Part shown: positions 12,200 through 25,259 of the stretch, piece after piece | Layout: every line of letters begins with the position of its first letter | How positions within the stretch are numbered: position 1 is the first letter of the stretch | NCBI RefSeq assembly: GCF_006345805.1 | Contig: NC_043011.1 | Coordinates: 23,138,464-23,202,463 of the forward strand | Reading direction: 5' to 3' | Source: Octopus sinensis | Taxonomy: Eukaryota | Length of the DNA: 64,000 nt | The notes under the pieces: model-generated | Seen by the model: only the letters and a program-made list of their open reading frames with translations | What the model was told of the DNA's origin: nothing | The model's database searches: none | Translations under genes and position numbers: made by a program

Positions 12200-15100
12200 A
12201 AAATACATAATATACATAAATTAAGCTAAATTTCTATAATCTATTTATTTTATAAACATTTTAGTTTAATCTTATTCTAATTATGTAATATACACATTTT
12301 ACTACTTCAAATTATAACTACAACAATTAGTAACTTAAAATAGAGTTTCATCATCATCATATATATATACACACAAATTAGCTAAACTTATTATATAAGT
12401 AATTTAACTTATGTCTACATTTAATTTTTCATTCATCTAGGGTATTAATCAATTTCTTATTATTAGTTAATAATATCTCCTTAAATTCATTAGTACATAA
12501 TAAACAAAAATTACTACCTATTCGATAAGATTTTGCCTTACAAATTATCTCCCAATTTAAATTGTACTTAATACTTTTAGATTTTAGTTCCCATATATAT
12601 ATTTACTAAGCCCAGTAGAATTAATTAAATTTCTATTCTTAAAAGAATTCATGTGTTGAGCCACCCATAATTTAATTTTATTAGAATTCGACCCTATGTA
12701 AATCACATTTAAATTACAACCATTCCTATTATTATTATCATCAATCAAAGCCACTACACATATACTACATCATCCAAATTATATTTATTATTAAATTTAC
12801 ATTTAGTCTTATCTCTACATGTACACTTAATCATATTCTGGTCTTTATTATTATTATTGGATATAATTATTTGATTTGTTTTTGTAAAACTTATTCAGCT
12901 TAAATTTATTAAAAGAAGAAATAATGTTATCAACATTATTAGTAGTAGAATAACCAACTCCAAATTAACCAAATTTCGTTCTATTATTTATATTATTATA
13001 TTTATTTTTTATATTATTAAATTTATTATTATCGTTAAATGAATTAAATTTAATCTTATTTTTTAGTCTATTATATTTATGTTTTGTATTATCAAAATAC
13101 CTATTATTAATACCATAATTACCTAAATAAAACTTATAATTCTTAATGTCAGGTTTATTATTATTATTATTATAAAAAATATAGGAATAATTTATATTAT
13201 AATTATATTTGGAATTATTAAAGAATTTAATATTATTACCACATCCTGCCTCCCGCAGGGTTTCATTATAATAAGGTCCGTGATTTTGGAAAATCTAAAA
13301 ATTAGAAGAAAGCAACAATATTCTTTTACCTATATAATCTGTCAAGGATTTCTTAATTGAGGGTGGATGATTACTATTAGCATTACTTATGGAATGGTTG
13401 GGTTTTACCTGTTATTAAATTAAAATTAGCATCTAAATAATTAACATTATAGTTTTCATTTAGAATCGAAGGGCCTCAGAGTCAATCTAGCTAAAACCAA
13501 AGTCGTAATCAGTAGGAAGGTAGACAAATCACAAACACCTGCAGGTGGATGGCCCTGCTCGATCTGTAGAAAAGGTGTAGGTAGAAACTCTATAAGATGC
13601 ACCAAGTGTAAGCTATGGACACATAAGAGATGCAGCAATGTCAAAGGAAGGCTAACTAGGAAGATGGTTTTTGTATGTGGCAGATGCTCAGGAACAATAA
13701 ACACTGAAAATGCTCTGAGACCAACTTCCGTCACTTTCTAGGGAGAAAAACTAGAAATAGTTGATAGTTTCCGTTACCTAGGTGACCAAGTCAGCAGCGG
13801 GGGCGGGTGTGCTGAAAGTGTAACTGGTAGAGTAAGAATAGCTTGGGCAAAGTTCAGAGAGCTCTTACCTCTGCTGGTGACAAAAGGCCTCTCGCACAGA
13901 GTGAAAGGCAGACTGTATGATGCGTGTGTACGAACAGCCATGCTACATGGCAGTGAAACATGGGCCGTGACTGCTGAGGATATGCGTAAGCTTGCTAGAA
14001 ATGAAGCCAGTATGCTCCGATGGATGTGTAATGCCGGTACTCACACTCGGCAGAGTGTAAGTACCTTGAGAGAAAAGCTGGACCTAAGAAGCATCAGTTG
14101 TGGTGTGCAAGAGAGACGTTTGCGCTGGTATGGTCATGTGGCAAGAATGGATGAAGATAGTTGTGTGAAAAAGTGCCACACCCTAGCGGTTGAGGGAACC
14201 TGTGGAAGAGGCAGATCCAGGAAAACCTGGGACGAGGTGGTGAAGCACGACCTTCGAACTTTAGGTCTCACTGAGGAAATGACTAGAGACCGAGACCTCT
14301 GGAAGTGTGCTGTGCGCGAGAAGACCCGGCAGGACAAGTGAGTCCATAACCCGTGGCCTTCTACATGGAATGGAGCCAGCCTACGTATGCATACCTTCCC
14401 TTCTTGGGACACAAAACTCTACTAGTGAAGACGTGTTGAGGCAAGTGAGGATCAGAATCGAAATCGATCAATGGAAATTGCGGATGTGTAACCAGTGCCG
14501 GTGGCATGTCGAAACTCTACTTGAAGACCCGTTGAGGCAAGTGAGGATCAGAATCGAAATCGATCAATGGAAATCGATCAATGGAAATTGCAGATGTGTT
14601 ACCAGTGCCGGTGGCATGTAAGAGAACTTTCCGTTTCGCGACCGTTGCCAGCACCGCCCCGTTTCGTGTCCGTTGCCAGCCTCGCCTGGCCCTCGTGCCG
14701 GTGGCACATAAAAAGCACCATCCGTTCGTGGCCGTTTGCCAGTTCTGTCTGGCACCAGTGCGGGTGGCACGTAAAAAGCACCCACTACACTCACGGAGTG
14801 GTTGGCGTTAGGAAGGGCATCCAGCCGTAGAAACACTGCCAGATTTGACTGGGCCTGATGAAGCCTTCTGGCTTCACAGACCCCAGTAGAACCGTCCAAC
14901 CCATGCTAGCATGGAAAACGGACGCTAAACGATGATGATGATGATAGTAATACTTAATCCATATCTTTTAAAAAATCTGTATAGTTTCTTCTTATATAAT
15001 TCTAGTGTTCTATTGGTGCAATTCTTAGTTATTAATAAAAGGTCATCCCTATATAAACAACCCTCTAACTTTACTTTTTCTAATTGAAGTTCTGATAATA

Positions 15101-15720
15101 AATACCTACTAAATCAGTTGCCTGTGCAGAATCAGGTGCCCCATAGGTATATCAAAATAGTCTCTAGTATCCTTCCCTAGCCCACAATTTATTATTATAT
15201 CTAATCAACGATTTCCTAGCCATTTTAACTACATTAGCTTCATCATAAGTCATTCCTACTTTATGCATAATATCAGTTTTATTATCTAACTTATATTTCA
15301 TCATGATTAATTTAGAGGCCTTATTTATATTATAAAGAGTATTTTCTGGAACAATTTTTCTATATCTATATCTATATATACACACACACACACACTTGAA
15401 CACCTTTTGTATGCTGACGCATAATATACACATATGCACTAAATTTATGGTCACATTCTATCTCCACTCCCATTCTTCTATGCATGAAATTACTTTCTCT
15501 CTTCAATTTCACATCTAGATGATTTCAAAATGTCACTGAAATTATTCAGAATGTTCCTACACCCTTTTTCTAGTTTTTCTTTCTCTTCTTTTTTACTCCT
15601 TTGTTTTGTTCTTTCTTTCTTTCTGATGGATTTACATATGTTAAAGATATTTCTAATTCCCAGGGCATTAACATTAATAATGATAACTTTTATCTTGACT
15701 TCTGTGTGTGTTTTTATCAT
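12200..15720 (-). mobile_element. Decayed AT-rich Penelope-like element (RT + GIY-YIG), interrupted by an RTE LINE
   Basis: Minus strand: YGAPDSAQATDLVGIY, then EGCLYRDDLLLI..FFKRYGLSIT (about 15060-14950). After the LINE it resumes with VNYLDANFNLITGKTQPFHK..SNHPPSIKK. The endonuclease motifs DDVVYV and VIYIGSNSNKIKLWVAQHMNSFK lie near 12780-12630. Confidence 0.8.
13452..14944 (+). mobile_element. 5'-truncated RTE LINE with PHD-like finger, 3' UTR and (GAT)n tail
   Basis: One reading frame, LKVNLAKTKV..CSICRKGVGRNSIRCTKCKLWTHKRC..VCGRC..FRYLGD..KGRLYDACVRTAMLHGSETW..RLRWYGHVARM..GRGRSRKTW, broken only by TAG at 13739-13741. Possible short TSD atagt. Confidence 0.92.
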
Positions 15721-16160
15721 TCACACATCACCATCATAACATCGATGTTTCCCAACTCACACAGATCAGATGAAATTTGGTGAAGTGGATTTCCTATGGC
15801 TGGATGCCTTTCCTATCACCAACACTCACCTATTTCCAAGCAAGAAATTTTTTCAATAGCCAGACGCACATACGTATATAAGAGAACAAACAAAGTAATT
15901 TAGACCAAGTTAGAAATGTGGTGGTGTGCAGTCATCAATCATTCAACAACCTTTGCTACTATATTGAACTATATTCCTTGGAATTGGTTGGTCTTGTGCC
16001 TCCTCCAGATATTCCAATTTCACTTATCCCTCTAACCTTCACTCATGTTGTGTCCAACCTACTTTACTCAGGGCTCATACAAATAGTCCTTTTTCCCAAA
16101 AAACATCGATCCTCTGGAATCTCATTCCTGCCCATGTCTTTCCTGCATGTACTGATTTAA

Positions 16161-16380
16161 CTCTTTAGTATTTAAACCAATCATATCAGGCCAAAATATT
16201 CTACCTGTTTTATGTTCAAAACAGCCAGATGCAGCCTCTCACACCAACCCTACTATGTCATTCTAAAAATAAACAATTACATCATTGAAATCTCAAAGCT
16301 ACAAGATAATGCAAGATTAATTCAAAACAATGTGAATACAAAAGCATTGCATTTGACAGAATAATCTGAATGCTAAGGGG
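16161..16380. mobile_element. 220-bp piggyBac-type MITE
   Basis: TTAA on both sides; termini ctctttagta / tgctaagggg. A second copy in the opposite orientation is at 19849-20068. Confidence 0.8.
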
Positions 16381-16579
16381 TTAACTGGAACATCAACTAA
16401 CAGCATCAATCTTACTGCTCTTGGAGAACCTGCAAAGATCTTGCAACTGTTCTTTCTCTTAATCTACCAAACAAATAAAAAAAGAAATTAAGAAAGGCAG
16501 TAGAAGACACCAGAAAGTAATAAACCTCCTCTTTTATTGTTTCAGATCGCTTAACCCAGATACAAGTAGATCCATTTAA

Positions 16580-18889
16580 CTCTTTCTTTACCAAACAGCC
16601 CAAACCTGCCTGAAAAAATTCTGGTTCATATGACCAAGGTGCCCAAACCCTCCCATAACCACATATTCATATTTAAATGAGAATTTCAGTGCAAATCTCA
16701 TTAATACTATTTGTGAAAACATGTGATTCCACTTCGTCAACAATTGAGTTACAGTTTCTGACATCAATTGTGGATTTTGGGAGATTTTTTTTTTTCTAAG
16801 TTTTTTTCTGATCAATTTTTTGACTAAAAATGGATACTAGCTTTATTCTGTCAAGCAGCGAGTCAGAATTCAAAGAATTTTCAACTGAAGACCTTGAGAA
16901 ATCTACTAAATCTGTAACTGGTAAAAAAAAATAAAGAAAAAAAAAACCCACATGGTATTTGATAATAAATCCAATGTTTCATTCCCTGAAAGTGAATGCT
17001 GTGATTCTGAGAACTCCGATGACAGTGATAAAGAAAATGAACTTACACCTGAATGGAGTAAGAATATGAAAACTGTTTCTTTCAGTGATTTTTACGAAGG
17101 GACTGGATTAAGTTCCAATCTCTCTCAGGAGAGAAAACTGTTAGACAATTGCCTTTTAGTTTTTCCTCTTAGCTTGTTTCAATTAATTGCAGTGGAAACA
17201 AACCGTTATGCTGAATATAAACAAAGCGAAGAGAGGATAGTTTATGGTTTCCCACAAACGTAGATGAAATTAGAGCATATTTTGCTATAAATATTATTAT
17301 GGGCATTAGAAAGCTACCCAGAATTACAAATTACTACAGCAACGATGAAGCCTTTGGAGATAATTATGTCTCAAGTTTAATGACGAGGACATGGTTTCTA
17401 AAATTAACATGCGATAGACATAAACAGTACATCAGTACAAGGAGAACCAGGCTTTGATCCCTTATTTAAAATAAGACCCCGCAATGACTGTGTTCAAAGC
17501 ACATATAAAACATTTTACAAACCAGGGAGATATCTATCCATTGATGAGGGTATGGTGGGCTATAAAGGCAGAGTACGTTTTTAACAATATAAGCCAAGAA
17601 AGCCCACAAAATGGAGGATCAAAGTTTGGAAGATTTGTGAATCGAATACCGAGTACTGCTCTGGATTTGAATTTTATACAGGCAAAAGAGACAATTATGT
17701 AAGCCAGCATAGCACAGCCTAGAGTAATATTGTGGTCTGGAATTTATCACTTCCATACCATAACCAGGGCCGTGTATTATTTTTTGACTGGTTTTTCAGT
17801 CCAGTCAAACTTGCTGTGTCAACACATACATGTGCTACAGTGATTGCTAGTAGAAAAGGACTGCCATTGGATATAAAAAAAGGCAAAATTTTAAAAAAAA
17901 AAAAGGTGAAATAATTCAACGGCAGAAAGGAAATCTGCTAGTGACCACAAACAGAGATAAGAGGTAGATCAATTTTCCATTTACCCATGCACAGACACAT
18001 GTGAATGAAAATGGCACTCCATTTGTGAACCTCGATTACAACAGGTACATGGGTGGTGTAGATCGGCTGAATTAGATGATGACTTATTACCCAGTTGGCA
18101 GACCGAGGAATAAATGGTGGCGATACCTGGTTTGGTATATAGTAAATGTGAATATTGCTTATGCGCTTATACTATATACCAAATTGGGACTGGCTCAAAA
18201 GTGATGTGACCATTTGCAGTTCTGAGCAGATATAGCAACACAATTGAGAGCTGGTTATTCCTAAAAAAAAAAAAATAACTGGAGGGAGAAAAAAAAAAAA
18301 AGCCTGCCAGAGGGATATCCCTCAGAGTTCATCAAAAAAGGAAAGTTCCCAATGGATGGTCAGTTGAAACAGCACTCCAATGTGCATTCTGCAAGGTTGC
18401 ATTATGTAGAGCAGGGTGCTTTACAAATTTCCATGATAGGAATATTGTTTGATTTGCATGTGTGATTTGATTTTATAAATATTTTCAAATTTACTTAGTT
18501 TTTATTTTTTTTAATTGGAATTTTAATTTGCCTGTAAAATGAATGACAAACTTTGATTAATTTCTTTTGTAAATCATTATTTTATGTTTCTGGGTATTTA
18601 TGTATTAAGGAGAGTTTATTCTATCTAGTTGATGGTGTATTTTATTTTCTAGTTTTCTTCATAGACAAAGTTCAGTATTTCATTCTATTTATACCTTTAT
18701 GGTACACCTGTCTTTTGTGAGTTTAAATTCAGCTGATAAATCCAGTAATGTGCACAATTCTTTGATAGTAAAATTTTGTTGTATACCCATTTGAATATTA
18801 GCTAATAACCCATTTTCTATAGCGATGTGTGAACAAAATTTTAATAATTTTATATTTTGTTGAATTTGCCTGTATTTACCTGTAATTAG
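16580..18889 (+). mobile_element. piggyBac (PGBD4-like) transposon, decayed, right end cut by the gap
   Basis: TTAA|ctctttc start. Reads FQLIAVETNRYA, DEIRAYFAINIIMGIRKLP, DPLFKIRP, IDEGMVGYKGR, PRKPTKWRIKVW, VLFFDWFFS, YNRYMGGVDRLN, with many frameshifts and stops. Confidence 0.9.
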
Positions 18890-18989
18890 NNNNNNNNNNN
18901 NNNNNNNNNNNNNNNNNNNNNNNNNNNNNNNNNNNNNNNNNNNNNNNNNNNNNNNNNNNNNNNNNNNNNNNNNNNNNNNNNNNNNNNNN
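18890..18989. other. Assembly gap (100 N)
   Basis: Run of exactly 100 n, usually a placeholder for unknown length. Confidence 0.99.
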
Positions 18990-19848
18990 CGATCCCAAAG
19001 GATAAGAGGCGAAGTCGACCTCAGCAGAATTTGAACTCAGAGCATAAAAATGGATGAAATGCTGCTGAGTATTTTCCATGGTGTGCTAACAATTCTGCCA
19101 GCTTGACACCTTAGAAATATCCAATTATCTGAATTTGCCTAATCAATAGCTTAATCTTTGCAAAAACAGGAAAAAAGAGAAGGTGGCTATATTCTCTCTG
19201 TTTTGTGATCTGGTCGGTACATGTTAAATTACATGTCACTATGGAGGCCTAATAAGTCTAAAATATGTCTACAGCGGTCGCTGTACTTGTTAAAGATTAA
19301 ATTATAGTACATGACACCATGTACTATAGGTGTAGTAACATTTAGTATTGTAAGGATAGGGACACAGGGTACTCTGGATAGAATAATGCAGGGTACTGTA
19401 GGTATAGTGATAGAGGACAAAAAAAAAAGATCAGAGGTTCTTCCTGAGCCATAAGTTCACAAGGCTGGTTTCTCAGATTCTGTAGTGTGAGTATTCCCCA
19501 TTGGACTGGACATTGATCTATTGCAGGATTACTCATTTTTTCCAACTGAGTGGACTGGAGCAATGTGAAATGAAATGTTTTGCTCAAGAACACAGCACAT
19601 TGCCCAGTCCAACATTACTGGTTGTCTCAACTGAATTTTAATTAAATTTAAACTTCAAACTTCTCTCTGATGCCTTCTCTGATTAGAAATATCATTAAGG
19701 CTAATGATTATATTTTTGCTGTTTTGCATGTAATTTCTACTAATTAGAAATTCATTTCGGCTACTAAAACATTTAATATGTTAGTTTGAATTCACCCTAT
19801 GTTTTAGTATATTTACTGCCATAGCTGTGTTGACTTAGATGACCTGAA

Positions 19849-20068
19849 CCCTTTAGCATTCACATTATTCTGTCAAATGTAATGCTTACTGATTCACATT
19901 GTTTTGAATTGATCATGTATTATCTTGTAGCTTTGAGAATTTGATGTTGTGATTGTTTATCTTGAGGATGACACTGTAGGATAGGATTTAGAAGCTGGAT
20001 CTGACTGGTTTGAACATAAAGCAGCTAGAATATTTGGGCCATATAAAACCGGTTTAAATGCTACAGGG
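19849..20068. mobile_element. 220-bp piggyBac-type MITE (second copy)
   Basis: tgaa|ccctttagcatt ... aatgctacaggg|ttaa; reverse-complement similarity to 16161-16380. Confidence 0.8.
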
Positions 20069-20451
20069 TTAAAAAGCTGATCAACAAATGATGTAGTTGC
20101 AAGTTAACTTTGAAAAACTTCTATTAGAATCCTAGAATTGAATCAGATGAGAGAATTACAGCAGAGAAACCTCAGAGATAATTCTGAATTTGCCATTCTG
20201 CAGTGTTATAAAACATAAATCATTTACTTTAGTTATCTCATATCTTTCATTTGTTTTAGCCATAGGACTCTGGCTATGCTGGAGCACTGCCTTGATGAGT
20301 TTAATCAAACAAATTAACATTGGATCTTTCTTTTTAAAGTCTGGTACTTATTCTATTGGTTACTTTTGCCAAACTGCTAAGTTACTGGGATGTAAACAAA
20401 GCACCACTGGTTGTCAGGTAGTGGGGTGGGGGACACTCAAAGACTCACATG

Positions 20452-20505
<54 letters not shown>

Positions 20506-20955
20506 ATGGACTTCCATACAGTTTCCATCTACTAAATTCCCTCGTAAGACATTGGTCAGCCAAGACACTTTCTAAAGGGGCTGCACTGTGAGACTGAACC
20601 CGAAACCACTTGTTTGCAAACCAAGATTCTTAACCACACATCTATGCCCATGTCTTTTGCGTTTTATTTTACATTGATGCTGACTTCCAAAAACATTTAA
20701 AACAAGTTCAGAAGAAAAGAATTTATTATGTATTTTCTGTTTCATTGTTAGCACAATGTTGAGAGTGAAATACTGTGAGTGAGCGAGTGAGTGAGAGTGT
20801 GTGTATGTGTGTGTGTGTATGCATGTATAGAAGAGAGATAGATAGGTAGGTAGTATTGTCACCATAGTAACTAATAAGTTTTGATTAAAAATGTGGGAAT
20901 TTTAAGTGCAAGCCTGTCAACTTAGTGTGGCACAGACTTGAAACAAATAACTAAA

Positions 20956-20996
<41 letters not shown>

Positions 20997-23182
20997 CATA
21001 TAGTTAATTTGGGGGTTGTTTGTGTTTCTCTGTGCATGCGCGTGTGTGTGTGTGCGTGCGTGTGTGTGTTTCAACATGAAGACAACGCAACACAGACATT
21101 AAAAAAATGACTTTCGCTATAATAACAGGTGGTTGTTGTTGTCGAGAGGGAAATACAGTGATCGTTTAACGTCCGCTTTCCATGCTAGCATGGGTTGGAA
21201 TATATAAATATATATATAGAAAGGGAGAAAGAGAGAGAGAGAGAGAGTGTGTGTGTATGTCTGAAAGATAGAATTAAAATTTGTTTCAATTTGCTATGCA
21301 TATCAGCATGATCCTTGCTGTTGGCTTCTACTGAAGGATACATTTTATCTTGATTAGGTCATTACCTGGCAGCATAGCAATGGCTAATGGTTATTCCTTA
21401 TAAACCTTATTTTTCTTTGGATTTTGTAGTTGGCCTTCATTGGGTAGAAATGAAGTTTTGCTTCTTTCAATTGGAATACATAAAAAGATATTGTAAGTGC
21501 AAGCCTCTTATAGCCTCAAACAATAAATAGCAGCTGTATAAAATAACTGCTCAGTTGAACTACTGGAAAGAGAGCAAATTATGACATCATTAAAACTATT
21601 GCACAAATGTATCCACCCTTAATATAAAAGATCATTTCAAAGACCATGAGTTGCTCAACTAGGATTTCAACTATGGTAAACATAGCCGTATGAATTTTCA
21701 TTTTCTTTAGTAACCATTGCACTTTGAAAATGAGGTAAATAGAGAAATGTTATGTGACAATCTGAAAGGCAGACGGCATGATTTAGTTTTTCATTCTTTA
21801 TTCTTTTCTTTCTGAATAGTTTATTATGTGAATTTTGTAAATCCAAACTAGGAGTGGTGCCCAATGCTGTCAAAGTGGTGTGGAGAGGGTAAAACGTGTG
21901 TATGTATGCATACATACACACATACATACGTATACACACACACACACGTGTGTGTATGTTTGTATATGTATATCATCATCACCATCATCATCATTTAATG
22001 TTGTTGTCCAACTGGCATGGGCTGAATGGTTTGACTCGGCTGGCATGCTGGAAGGCTGCTCCAGACTCCAGTCTGATTTGGCATGGTTTTCTGCAGTTGG
22101 ATGCCCTTCCTAATGTCAACCACTCTGAGAGTGTAATGAGTGCTTTTACATACGACTGGCACAGGTGCCATTTGCGTGACACCAAGGTGCATTTACATGC
22201 TACCAGCATGGGTGCCAATTTGTATGACACCGATATCTGTCACGACTGCAATTTTGCTTGGCTTGGTAGGTCCTCTTCTCAAGCACGACATAATGCCAAA
22301 GATCTTGGTCATTGCCTCAGTGAGATCCAACACTCGAAAGGAACTCATCCACTTTGCCTCTGTGAGGCCCAACACTTAAAAGAACTCAGCCCAATGCTCA
22401 TGAAGAACTCAGCCATTTTGCCTCTGTGAGGCCCAACACTCAAAAAGAACTCAGTCACTTTACCTCCACGAGGCCCAACATTCAAAAGATGTTCTTTACA
22501 TGCCACCAACACAGGTGCACCTTGCTTGATGGGTCCTTTCAAGCACAGCATATTGCCAAAGGTCTTGGTTACCAGTCATTGTCTGTGTGAGGCTCAAAGT
22601 TTGAAGATCATACTTCACCCCCTTGTCCCATGTCTTCTTAATATAAATTTAAGTGATGCTTCTCTGTCCATTATGTTTTTATGTTTCTTAACTACTCCTA
22701 GACCGTTGGTGCAGTACAATGAAACCCAAACCAGCAACTTCTTTAATCCCAGGGAATGTCCTAATGGGGTCTGTTTTTTTTAAGGGCTGTCTAATTTCCC
22801 TATTTTTATTGCATTTTAAACTAAATACATGGCATTGGCAACCAAATTGGAGCAATGACAATGAATTTTATACCATGAACTCCCAAGGAATATTGTAAAG
22901 AGGTTCAATCTCTGAAGGGCCACTTAAATGGTACTCCACTGACGCCCACTATTTTTAATGCCTTTACCCTGGTCCTACGCCTATTGATTAAACAATGATC
23001 AATGTCAGTGCTTAGCACATTTGCAGAAATAGGTTTCATTACACAAGAGTAGAGGGCTGTGAAGCGGCCCGATAGTGAGGCCAAAGGCCTCAAAGGTGTC
23101 CTCCGTAGGAGTTAGCCTGAATACTGCTCAAAGGGCATATATATATATATATATACTATATTATATATATATATACACATAT

Positions 23183-23215
<33 letters not shown>

Positions 23216-23219
23216 CACG

Positions 23220-23830
23220 AATAAGCACATAAATGCAAAACAAAGTGGAAAAAATAGTTCTCAAATACTGAAGGTAGAATAAAATGACCTTTTTTTTTTA
23301 TCAAAGCTGCAAAACATCACAAAAACTGTTACTCAGAGTTTCATGTTCTGGTTCGTTGGACAGTTGTGATCACTGAATTAGGATAGGTTTTTCTAACACA
23401 AAAAAAATCTTTCACAAATCAACTCTTTGCATAATAATAAGTTGTTAAATAGAAATTCACTTAATGAAAATACCAACATTAATTTTGTTAACACTAACCA
23501 TTCTTTAAATAATATTAACAGCAGGGTTATTGTTTATGAAGTCAACACCAATCGCATTCGTTTTCTTATCAGTAATTCTAAGACTAGAAACTCTATTTAT
23601 CAATGTAAAATTACTTCTGGTTCTGACGTTTTTTTTTATATGGGTAGTTCTTCATCTCAATTGTCCAAAAGAATATCTAATCATTACTCTACATTTAGGC
23701 ATATCAATAAACATAACAATACTGGTTTAGTAAATTAATCTGGTATATAAAAGATCATAATAAACAATTTAATTTGGAATGGAATATTCTCTCTTATTTC
23801 TTTACCTTATGACAAAGGTAAATCTTTATT
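23220..23830 (+). mobile_element. Penelope-like fragment: GIY-YIG C-terminus preceded by an inverted pLTR piece
   Basis: NSIYQCKI..FYMGSSSSQLSKRISNHYSTFRH..NTGLVN*IWYIKD..FNLEWNIL on +. 23220-23365 matches the pLTR at 36787-36934 and has a decayed hammerhead on the - strand. Confidence 0.75.
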
Positions 23831-24154
23831 TTACCATTTATGGTATTTGAATTATTTGTCACATTTTACTGACTTTTTTTCCTCAGCTAAAATCACGACA
23901 ATTTTTTTAATTTATTCTGAGACTTTGTTTATGTTCATCAATTCAAAATATTTTAGTGAACAATAGTTAAAAAGACAGAAGTACAAAGCAGACACTGTTT
24001 TCATTATGAACTTTACCATTCTTTAAAAAGTTTTCTGTACCTTTTTACTTGCTTGAGTCATTACACTGTGGCCATACTGGGGTCCTGCCTTGAAGAATTT
24101 ATAGTCAGATAAATCGACCTCCTCAATACTTAGTATATATATACATATATATAT

Positions 24155-24197
<43 letters not shown>

Positions 24198-24289
24198 ATA
24201 GATAATGTGTATTTATATGTAAACAAAATAAGAACCACTGCCTAAATTTACCCTTCCTAAAAAACTTATCCTTAGAATGAATATACCTA

Positions 24290-24915
24290 CCTATCCACCA
24301 CTGGACAAGATAACATGAATCTTGGAAGGCAGATAGAAGCCTGTTGAGAAGTTCCTTGAAATCTTCCACATCAACACAATGTAGATCTCTAAGGTTGCCT
24401 GGAAGGATGTTGAACAATTGCAGGCCCTTGAAACACAGACTATTGCAGTATTCTATCCTTATTTTAGATGGGGAAGACAGGATCTTTGGTATGATGCAGT
24501 ATTGTCCAGTTCGAGGATTGGTATAGCTGTCAATTCCAAAATTGACAGCTAAACCCTCAAAGGTCTTCCAAATGTATATCACCACAGATCTTTCTCATCT
24601 TCTCTCCAGGGAATAGAGACTCAGCTCCTTTAACCTCTCCCAGTAGCCCAACTTTTGCATCAGGTCAATCTTCTTTGTGTATTGACGCTGGATTGCTTTG
24701 AGTTCCACAGTTTGTCTCACACTCTCTAGGGACCATAGTTGGGAGCAGCAGTCGAAGTAGCTGAGAACGAAAGTCTTCCATAGGAGTAGCAGGGCTTCCC
24801 TTTTCCTGGTTCTGAATGTCCTCGGAATCCATCCAGCTGCTTGCTTGCACAGTGTTGCCATCTTGGTAATATACACATGAAATGTTGCATCATTGCTCAT
24901 GTGAATCCTTAGGTC
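24290..24915 (-). mobile_element. CR1-like LINE ORF2 C-terminal fragment
   Basis: GWIPRTFRTR..LLLLWKTFVLSYFDCCSQLWS..ELKAIQRQYTKKI..YWERLKELSLYSLERRR..QLFNILP. Confidence 0.85.
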
Positions 24916-24937
24916 ATATATATATGACCTGGGGTTC

Positions 24938-24939
<2 letters not shown>

Positions 24940-24975
<36 letters not shown>

Positions 24976-25044
24976 GAAAGGTAGAAATTGATATTAATCA
25001 ATTAAAACCAGTGGCCTAGCATATTTAAAAAAATCCAAAGATTA

Positions 25045-25076
<32 letters not shown>

Positions 25077-25093
25077 CTAATAATATATATATA

Positions 25094-25138
<45 letters not shown>

Positions 25139-25214
25139 GTATATATATGTATATATATAATATGTATATATATATAATAGGTAGGATATATATATATGTA
25201 TATATAGATATATG

Positions 25215-25259
<45 letters not shown>

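Noticed and set aside
12200-13450. Very AT-rich stretch resembling a mitochondrial insertion (NUMT)
   Set aside because: No mitochondrial gene motif was recognised; the minus strand carries PLE RT and GIY-YIG motifs instead.
15960-16030. Minus-strand IGISGGGT, reminiscent of the RPIA GIGSGST motif
   Set aside because: The flanking residues do not match, a stop follows shortly and there are no suitable splice sites.
21361-21375. ttacctggcag, similar to the U1 snRNA 5' end
   Set aside because: The match stops after about 11 nt; no U1 stem-loops or Sm site follow.
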